From assembly GCA_951406725.2 (NCBI GenBank), contig OX597835.1, forward strand, positions 29,202,001-29,266,000: DNA of 64,000 nt, given 5' to 3'. Below are positions 53,520-64,000 of this stretch, piece after piece; the first letter of the stretch is position 1, and every line of letters begins with the position of its first letter. This DNA is from Octopus vulgaris. Lineage: Eukaryota. The position numbers and the translations under genes are program-made. Under the pieces are notes generated by a model that saw only the letters and a program-made list of their open reading frames with translations, had not been told where the DNA came from and did not search any database.

Positions 53520-53885
53520 ATTTTTTCAGTCATTTGACTGTGACCATGATGGAGCACCGACTTTTAGTCGAGCAAATCGACCCCAGGACTTATTCTTTGT
53601 CAGCCTAGTACTTATTCTATCGGTCACTTGTACCGAACTGCTAAGTTACGGGAACGTAAACACACCAGAATCGATTGCCAAGCGATGTTGAGGGGACAAA
53701 CACTGACACACAAACATATATACGACGGGCTTTCAGTTTCCGTCTACCAAATCCACTCACAAGGCTTTGGTCGGCCCGAGGCTATGGTACAAGACACTTG
53801 CCCAAGGTGCCACGCAGTGGGACTGAACCCGGAACCATGTGGTTGGTAAGCAAGCTACTTACCACACAGCAACGCTTACGCCCAC
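53520..53885 (-). mobile_element. SINE family B
   Basis: Full head and tail match to other family B copies. Confidence 0.9.
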
Positions 53886-53971
53886 GCTCGTTTGTTTATT
53901 AATTAGTTTTTTTAATTATATATACAGGTATGTCATATTTTCGGTTGTCTTTTTCTTAAATCCTGAATATA

Positions 53972-54022
<51 letters not shown>

Positions 54023-54051
54023 GTCTTTATATATATATATATATATATATA

Positions 54052-55334
<1,283 letters not shown>

Positions 55335-55564
55335 ACTTTCATATGTATATGCACATATACAACTACTCAACCACATATATAAATACGCAAACATATGCAC
55401 ATCTATGTTAACGGATCCTTCGTAGTTTTCGACGAGGAGTATTCCTATTCCTCGACCAAGTTAACGAAATTGTAAAAGGAACATGTAAGTGGTTAAGAGT
55501 TCCAGAAACACGTATATGCTGAACGTAACTCTTTGGTTGAATCAGTGTGGCCCCACTCGCCCCC

Positions 55565-55683
<119 letters not shown>

Positions 55684-56341
55684 AGAACTATTCACAAAAT
55701 ATTCGGAAGAATACTTATGCCACCGTTGGTAATAACAGGAGGAGATAAAGTATAAGAAAAGAGAGAACGTGAAAGAGAAGAAGGTGAGGAGAAAGAGAAG
55801 ATCTGAAAAAAATAAACCAGAAGAGAAAGTGAAAGAGAGCGATCTACCCTCTCCTCTCCCTCTCATGCCCTACTACCAGTCTCAAAGGCTCTATAACAAG
55901 CCATAGACCCTGTCTTCTGTCTTGACTAAAATATTAAGAAAAAAAAAATCATAAACCAACGAGAGTCGCCTTCGGGACCTGCTGAAAATAGCAGCCACAT
56001 ACCGTCTTAAAATATCTGCAAACAGATGGGATGGCTATGACTGGAAAGCCTTAGATCAAGGGTGTGCTGAAGTAGAGGTTGAGCTGGGGTTAAATGTTTC
56101 ATATCTAAGGGACAGCCGTCGAAGCAGGGGGAGAAGTGGAAATGACAAGGTACAGTGCAGAAAGTGGTCGTTGCCCCGTTTTACTATCGAAGGTCAGTTG
56201 TACCTATTAACCCTTGGTAAGGAACTGTGGAAAGGGGCGAGGTTGGGGGAGGGGAAGGATGGGGTTGTTTAAGGCCAGCGTGTTGATAGTAGGATGTGCG
56301 GGGCATTGGAGGGTGAGGTGACATAAATTGACACGAGAGAA

Positions 56342-56486
<145 letters not shown>

Positions 56487-56525
56487 CATGCATATATATA
56501 TATATATGTACGCATACACACACAT

Positions 56526-56556
<31 letters not shown>

Positions 56557-56699
56557 CATATATATATATGTGTGTGCGTGTGAATGTGTATACATACACA
56601 CATATATCTATTTGGTATTTTGTCCTGTACTTATCTCTCGTGAGTTTACGTATTTTTCACTCACTGGTGATGTCTTGTTCTTAATGTGCATTATATATA

Positions 56700-56733
<34 letters not shown>

Positions 56734-56740
56734 CACACAC

Positions 56741-56812
<72 letters not shown>

Positions 56813-56837
56813 TGCGCCTCCACACACCGCCTGTATT

Positions 56838-56882
<45 letters not shown>

Positions 56883-56899
56883 CCTATATGTATATATAT

Positions 56900-56952
<53 letters not shown>

Positions 56953-57100
56953 CATAAGGGGCATCAGCCATCTGAATGTGGCTAGGGACAGGGCGGGGTG
57001 GTTTAGCCCCAGGCGATCATCGACGTCACCAGGAGGGCTGAACCATCTCGGTGTCCTCTAGCCTGCAAAGGGAGATCATTCCCCGAAGATACGGATACTA

Positions 57101-57144
57101 CATACGGACCAGGTTTCGAGGTAATTGCCTCTTATCAACGCATG
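57101..57144 (-). ncRNA. Type I hammerhead ribozyme, U3-A8 core variant (copy 1)
   Basis: Minus strand CAUGCG-UUGAUAA-GAGG CAAUUA CCUC-GAAA-CC U GG-UC^-CGUAUG; all three stems pair; GUC site, cleavage predicted between 57107 and 57106. Confidence 0.88.
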
Positions 57145-57462
57145 GTAAGCACCGTTCTCCGACGAATAACTCTCTCCACAGGCCATATATATAAGGATTT
57201 TCACAGTAAACAAAGTCACTGATGTAGAAAAACCGTTCGAAAACAATAATAAATCTCTAAACGAGATATAAACAGTAACTGCTCTATAACATAAGGGGCA
57301 TCAGCCATCTGAATGTGGCTAGGGACAGGGCGGGGTGGTGGGGGGTGTGTGTTACTGATGCATTTAGCCCCAAGCGATCATCGACGTCACCAAGAGGGCT
57401 GACACCATCTCGGTGTCCTCTAGCCTGCAAAGGGAGATCATTCCCCGAAGATACGGATACTA

Positions 57463-57506
57463 CATACGGACCAGGTTTCGAGGTAATTGCCTCTTATCAA
57501 CGCATG
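57463..57506 (-). ncRNA. Type I hammerhead ribozyme, U3-A8 core variant (copy 2)
   Basis: Identical to copy 1, 362 bp away; cleavage predicted between 57469 and 57468. Confidence 0.88.
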
Positions 57507-57736
57507 GTAAGCACCGTTCTCCGACGAATAACTCTCTCTACAGGCCATATATATAAGGATTTTCACAGTAAACAAAGTCACTGATGTAGAAAAACCGTTC
57601 GAAAACAATAATAAATCTCTAAACGAGATATAAACAGTAACTGCTCTATAACATAAGGGGCATCAGCCATCTGAATGTGGCTAGGGACAGGGCGGGGTGG
57701 TGGTGGTGGGGTGTTACTGATGCATTTAGCCCCAGG

Positions 57737-57780
<44 letters not shown>

Positions 57781-58303
57781 CCTACGACCGCGAGTCCGCC
57801 GCCCTGACCACTGGCCCAGTGATCAGGACAGCGAACTCGCGGTCGTAGGATCGCGGTTTCGATTCCCAAACCGGGCATTGGGAGTGTTTATTGAGCGAAA
57901 ACACATAAAGCTCCACGAGGCTCCGGCAAGGGGTGGTGGTGAACTCTGCCGTAATCTTTCACCATAACTTTCTCTTCACTCTTTCTTCACAGACACGTGT
58001 ACCTTTAAAGGTACACGTGTCTGTGGAGTACTCAGCCACTTGCACGTTAATAAATGAGCTGCGACGTCAGTGGTGCCAAGCTGTATCGGCCTTTGTCTTT
58101 CCCTTGGATAACATTGGTGGCGTGGAGAGGGGAGGTTGGTATGCGTGGACGACTGCTGGTCTTCCATAAACAACCTTGCCCAGACTTGTGCCTCGGAGGG
58201 TAACTTTCTAGGTGCAATTCCATGGTCATTCATGACCGAAGGAGGTCACTATCACAATAGGTGGTGTAAGATTGTAGGTGTGTGAATATACATACACTCA
58301 CAC

Positions 58304-58334
<31 letters not shown>

Positions 58335-58483
58335 TGTATGTATGTATGTATGTATGTTTGTATGTATGCATGTATGTATGTATGTATGTATGTCTATGCA
58401 GACTTCTAAAATAACTATACTATCTACAACTACAGCATCATCATATAAAACTGCTTCTCGAACCACGCTATACGCAGATACAG

Positions 58484-58565
<82 letters not shown>

Positions 58566-58863
58566 AACTACTACTATTACTACTACTAGAATCCACAACA
58601 ACGAAGTAAAACAAAAACGAAAACAAAGACGGATGCGTGAATGAATGTGCTCCAGCATGGCCGCAACTCTCGAGTTGAAACTAATACCAGTGAGTAAAGT
58701 GGAATTGTATGTACATATGACTGTACATGAGTGATTGTGTATGTGTCTGCGTGTATATACGTTTGATATATGTATAGATATGTCTGTACGTGTGTGACTG
58801 TGTGTTCATATACATTCTGAGTTTATTCATGAATATATTTGTTTGAATGCGTATGTGTGTGTG

Positions 58864-58931
<68 letters not shown>

Positions 58932-58951
58932 TATGTGTGTGTGTATGTATG

Positions 58952-58989
<38 letters not shown>

Positions 58990-59381
58990 GATACGCATTA
59001 TCACAATCACGAACGTCTGATCGTGATAACGCGTATATGTGTATTTGTGTGTTTTGTGATAGATAACCATTTTTTATGTACCTGTAAGCGCATGCGTAGT
59101 ATGTTTGAAGAATAAGTATAGATTTCTGTATATCCGTGTGTGTTCGTGTATGTGTGTCTATGTGTGTTTCTCTGTGTATGTATGCGTACAATGACTATAT
59201 CCATATCCGTATATATTCGTATATATTTGTACGTTGTGCAGGATGTACATATATCTATATATACGCTTCGTATTCGTTATTGCAATATGTGTATGTATGC
59301 GCGTGATCGTGTGTATATACGTGCTGTGTGTATATGTGTGTGTTTACTTACATGTATACATATGTGCGTGTGAATGTTGAT

Positions 59382-59428
<47 letters not shown>

Positions 59429-59592
59429 AACTATGTTTTCTGTGTTTATATGAATGTGTATCATACGTCTGTACATGTGTGTATGTGTGGCATGTGTGAT
59501 CATATAAGTGTGCTGTATATATATGCGCGTGTGTACATGTGTGTGTACACACGTGTATATGTGCATATGGTTCGTAGCGTGTCTGTATGTTT

Positions 59593-59647
<55 letters not shown>

Positions 59648-60093
59648 GGAAGGACGAAAAGTAGGAGGATATTATTCGGGTGACGGGTAGTGGTGGTGGT
59701 GGTGATGGTGGTGATGGTGGAGGTGGTGGTAGTGGTGGTGCGCTGTAAATTTACAACGCACTTAGTGACCGAGCAACATGGCCTCATCAGCTGACCAAAT
59801 TAATTGAGAACTAATGGAAGTCAAACACCATCAACAACAACAACAACAACAACAACAATAACACTATCAATTGCAACAACACCAACACCAGCAATATCAA
59901 CGTCTCCATGACGACGGCGGTGATTCCAACAACAACATCAAAAACAACAACAAACATAATCAGAAGTGATAAACAATGGTGATGATGGTGGTGGATGGAG
60001 GTAGTGGTGGTGGTTGTAGCAGTTGTGATGAGAACAGCACTACCACCACCACCACCATTTCACAACAATACTAACAATAGCAATACCATCCTG

Positions 60094-60460
60094 CTATAGG
60101 CACAAGGCCTGGATCTTTGTAGGGAGAGTGAAACGACTGGTACTTATTTTATCGAATTCGAAAATATGAACAGCAAAGTCGACCTCGACGGAATTTGAAC
60201 TCAGAACGTAGCGGCATACGAAATACCTATATCTTTACAACCCACAAGGGGCTAAACACAGAGGGGACAAACAAGGACAGAGAAACGGATTAAGTCGATT
60301 ACATCGACCCCCAGTGCGTAACTGGTACTTATATAATTGACCCCGAAAGGATGAAAGGCAAAGTCGACCTCAGCGGAATTTGAACTCAGAACGTAACGGC
60401 AGACGAAATACCGCTAAGCATTTCGCCCGGCGTGCTAACGTTTCTGCCAGCTCGCCGTCT
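60094..60460 (-). mobile_element. SINE family A, composite copy
   Basis: Reverse complement of the 1539-1935 architecture. Confidence 0.88.
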
Positions 60461-60510
60461 TAATGGTGATGATTATGATGATAATAATAATAATAGCAAT
60501 AATAATAATA

Positions 60511-61028
60511 AATGCCCTGATGCAGTACCAGGCAATCGCTCTCATGGCTTCTGCTCTTAGCTGATTGAAAGTGTTATCATGTATATTGTTTTGTTTTGGT
60601 ATAAAAGTTGGACTACAGCAAATAGTCTGCTCCATACCACATGGTTATGGTTTGACCATAACCAGTTGAGCATATCCCTTAGTGGCTGACTATATGTGAA
60701 TCTCTGATCACGAGCAGAAGTAGTGGGAAACATCATAGCCATGTGTTAAAAGGAATTCTTTGGGGTTTCCATAATTCACCTTAAACAACCCTTATTCAGC
60801 GACCTTTTGATCGGGATGGGATACTGAATCTGATGAAAATTCTAACTGGGCCCCATCTCCAAGGTCATGCACTGTTTATCTTGATATGAGGTCACTATGT
60901 CACTCGCATATGGTTGTGATGCATGTGCTTGGTGTACTCTTATCAGACGTGTAGTCATGATGGGTATACAGTACCTCGTATATTCTACTCCAGTGTCACT
61001 TTGATGGCATGCACTGCTCTCTAATTCA
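60511..61028 (-). mobile_element. Family D repeat, second copy, in (AAT)n
   Basis: Reverse complement homologous to 50523-51080. Confidence 0.8.
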
Positions 61029-61077
61029 ATAATAATGATAATAATAATAATTATAATAATAATAATAATAATAATAA

Positions 61078-61260
61078 TAGGATCTCTAGGAATGATAAAA
61101 AAGGTACTGAAACCTATTTGAAAATGATTCCAGGCTTACCATCCCTACAGGAAGTGCAAAAAATCGTATTAACTGGGAGGGCCCATGTACTGAGAAGAGC
61201 ACTATCGTTGTGAAAATAACATCCATCCATGAATTAATTTATTTTTTACTTTTTAAATAC
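61078..61260 (+). mobile_element. Short Dong/R4-like 3' end after (AAT)n
   Basis: IGSLGMIKKGTETYLKMIPGLPSLQEVQKIVLTGRAHVLRRALS. Confidence 0.8.
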
Positions 61261-61383
61261 ATATTTTATCTGTAAATTTGCACGTTTAATCTGGGAATGC
61301 ATACAATGCCCTTCTCTGCCCTGGGTGTATGGAAAACACTCGGCGAGAAACGGAAGAAAATTTGAAGAAAGAAGGAAAAAAAC

Positions 61384-61556
<173 letters not shown>

Positions 61557-61574
61557 AATAACAATAGAAATCAT

Positions 61575-61790
61575 CCTTTCTACTCTAGGCACAAGGTTTG
61601 AAATGTTGGAGCAGAGGGACAATCGACTGTATCAACCCCAGTGCTCGAATTGTACTTATTTTAGTTACCCTAAAAAGATGAAAGGCTAAGTCGACCTCGG
61701 TAGCATTCGAACTCAGAACGTAACGAGCCAGACGAAATGCTATTAAGCATTTCATCCGACGTGCTAACTATTCTGCGATCTCGATGGCGA
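61575..61790 (-). mobile_element. SINE family A, diverged copy
   Basis: Core and head recognisable on the minus strand. Confidence 0.75.
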
Positions 61791-62149
61791 CGACGACGAC
61801 GAAAGTTTTTTTTTTTTCATAGGCTGTAAGACCTGCAAAATGGCAAAAACCTAAGACTTGTAAAATGGCAAAAGAGGTAAAAAAAATAAACAGCAAAGAA
61901 AGAATATTTAGAGTATTAGTCGAGAGATTAAGAATGACGATGAATACACATTAATAGAAAGCAATTAACAACAGCCACAATACAGAACAACATGGCACAC
62001 ACACAACATAACATAACATCAGAAGTAGGGCTTATAGGGAGTAAAAGGGTGACATGTACAGTGACGTAAAGAACTGATCTGAACCGTGATGATCCGTCTA
62101 ACCCATGCCTGGCTGGAATGCGGATTAAAATTATAATGAAATGGCAAGT

Positions 62150-62640
62150 GCAAAACTTAGTGCATTTCTATAAAGTGATATTGTCGTTCAAGATGCGCAT
62201 GTCTGTGAAGTAACTCTTCCTCTATGCAAATATACCACTCAGTCTTCCTCATCATTTGCGCCATCGTTGAACCCGACTCTCGAATCCCCTTTCAAGGATT
62301 CAGTTGTGCACTGATGTACGTACTCCTGTACGGTTACGTTCACCTCATCCATCTTCAAATCGTTGAACTAGAAGCCTGCCCTTCATCGGACCGAATAGGT
62401 GAAAGCTGGAGAGCTCCAGATCCAGACTTTATGACGGATTGAGAAGAATAACACTGACCCGTCTCATTTGTCGATTGACAGCTTGCTTCCCAGACAATAC
62501 CTGTGCTTACGTATTGCAAAAGGTGACTATGGATCGTGTCGAGAATCACGCACTGTTTCTTCTTCCTGAGGGCACCTGTAAGCTTTTCGGGTGTTTCACA
62601 GTATGGCCAACTGTTCATGGTACAACTACATTAAAAAGCA
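62150..62640 (-). mobile_element. Highly degenerate LINE fragment, possibly RTE-like
   Basis: Weak resemblance of KLTGALRKKK and RWMR...RSTYI to RTE post-RT motifs. Confidence 0.35.
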
Positions 62641-63037
62641 CAAGGGTGAATGTTGCCTTTTCCAACATATTTGTATATATGTGTGTTGTGTGTGTGTTTG
62701 TGTATGTTAACTTCCATTAAAAGGAACCAACCTGATCAATGGTTATATCTTCTATATATATATATTAGTTTTTCAATACTATTCTCTTTAGTTTCGCGAC
62801 TTTGGCCTCGTCCTCTCTAGGGTCGATTAAATAAGTATCAATTGAGCACTGGGGTCGATGTAATCGACTTTCCCCCCTCTCCCCGAACTTGCTGGCCTTG
62901 TGCCAAAATCTGAAACCAATATTGTTCTATTCGATTGTGTTTTAATGTAATAAATATCCTTCTTTCGAAAATTTGTTATCATTTCCTCATTTTGTATTAG
63001 CACCAAGGGATTTAATGAAACTTAAATTATAATTATA

Positions 63038-63070
63038 CTAGCTGAAGGTGACCCGCTCTACGCGCGGGTA
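63038..63070 (-). mobile_element. Helitron 3' terminus
   Basis: Minus-strand hairpin ACCCGCGCGTAGAGCGGGT followed by CTAG|T. Confidence 0.7.
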
Positions 63071-63103
63071 AGAGTGTGGTTGTTACTTTCTGTTGCTTCC
63101 TTT

Positions 63104-63416
63104 CAGCACGTAAAAAGCACCATCCAAACGTGGCCGATTGCAGCGCTGCCTTGACTGGCTTCTGTGCCGGTGGCATGTAAAAAGCACCAACCGATCGTGG
63201 CCGCTGCTAGCCACCCTGGCACCTGTGCCGGCGGCACTAAAAAAGCACCCACTACGCTCACAGAGTTAGGAAGGGCATCCACCTGTAGAAACACTGCCAG
63301 ATCAGACTGGAGCCTGGTGCAGCCTCCTGGCTTCCCAAACCCCGGTCAAACTGTCCAACCCCTGCTAGCACGGAAAACGGACGTTAAACGATGATGATGA
63401 TGATGATGATGATGAT
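63104..63416 (+). mobile_element. SINE/LINE-derived element with RTE-type 3' end and (GAT)n tail
   Basis: Repeated GTAAAAAGCACC blocks, GTTAGGAAGGGCATCC, ending GGACGTTAAACGATGATGATG. Confidence 0.7.
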
Positions 63417-64000
63417 TCTCCCTATTTGTTTCTCTCTCACGTTTCCCACTCTCTTACTCTTCCTTTCTCTCGGAATCTCCCTCGCTTTCTCTTACTCTCT
63501 ATCTTTATCTCTCTCTCTCCCATTTATAAACAACAAAAGATCTTGAGTAAGTTGAGAAATAAAATATTTAGAAAGATCTATCATAAATATCAGGCAGTAA
63601 CAACGGAAAGGTCTGCTTCAAGGCAGACAGCAAAACACTAACATTTAAAAGGGACAGACGAACTTGCGAGCTGAATAAAAATAATAAAATATTGGAAACA
63701 AAAGTTTGAAGGGATAGAATCTCAGGATAGTAGAGTCACAATGGCTGGCATTTCTTAACGACGGACAGCAACGTTTTGACAGTTTAACGGCTGGCGTAAA
63801 ATTTTGAATTTGATGTAAAAGAAAATCTCTAAACACCAAGTTTTGAAGTGATTCTTTCTCACGACAGTAGACTCACGATGGCAAGCATTCAAAACTTCTT
63901 CATCATGGACGGCAACACATTGACGATTAAAAGGCTGGCGCAAATTTTTTAGCTTGATGTAACTTGATTTTTAGCTTGAGAATTCCTAAACACCCGATCC

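Larger units (their letters stand above)
56951..57740 (-). mobile_element. Tandem array of a 362-bp hammerhead-containing unit: candidate non-LTR retrozyme
   Basis: Units start at 56951 (337 bp, net 25 bp shorter), 57288 (362 bp) and 57650 (partial); (TA)n on both sides; one hammerhead per full unit. Confidence 0.88.

Noticed and set aside
57219-57245. Plus-strand CTGATGT...GAA/TTC...GAAA suggesting a second, opposite-polarity hammerhead
   Set aside because: A9 is missing and no convincing stem I or III pairing was found in any topology.
57298-57362. Minus-strand GCAUCAG-UAA...GC..GUCCCUAGCC...GAUGG-CUGAUGC resembling a twister ribozyme
   Set aside because: P2, P4 and the T1 pseudoknot do not pair properly, and the motif is not kept in unit 1 or in the 45778 relative; a covariance-model scan would settle it.
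56951-57740. CRISPR-like or simple satellite interpretation of the tandem array
   Set aside because: No unique spacers, no cas genes and a eukaryotic context; the units contain a structured ribozyme.

Overview
Eukaryotic, repeat-saturated, gene-free (intronic or intergenic) window. The SINE/LINE/microsatellite content points to an Octopus-type cephalopod genome (inferred from repeat families, no database search). No host protein-coding gene, rRNA, true tRNA or CRISPR array is supported; most ORFs in the track are microsatellite translations. Mobile elements: several tRNA-derived SINE families, CR1-clade LINEs (one with a CCCH-zinc-finger ORF1 fused in frame to the APE endonuclease and lacking RT), RTE, Dong/R4-like and Tx1-like remnants inside specific microsatellites, Tc1/mariner elements (nested, DD37D-like, and 5'-5' palindromic), non-autonomous Helitrons and a Penelope GIY-YIG remnant. 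The standout is a 362-bp tandem array (56951-57740). Each complete unit carries, on the minus strand, an identical and structurally complete type I hammerhead ribozyme with a compensatory U3-A8 core (UUGAUAA instead of CUGAUGA) and a dimer-type stem III. This is the architecture of a non-LTR retrozyme predicted to release a 362-nt self-cleaved, possibly circular RNA. Further Penelope-type hammerhead motifs occur, including one in a perfect 70-bp-arm palindrome encoding the motif on both strands. Boundaries of degraded elements are approximate.
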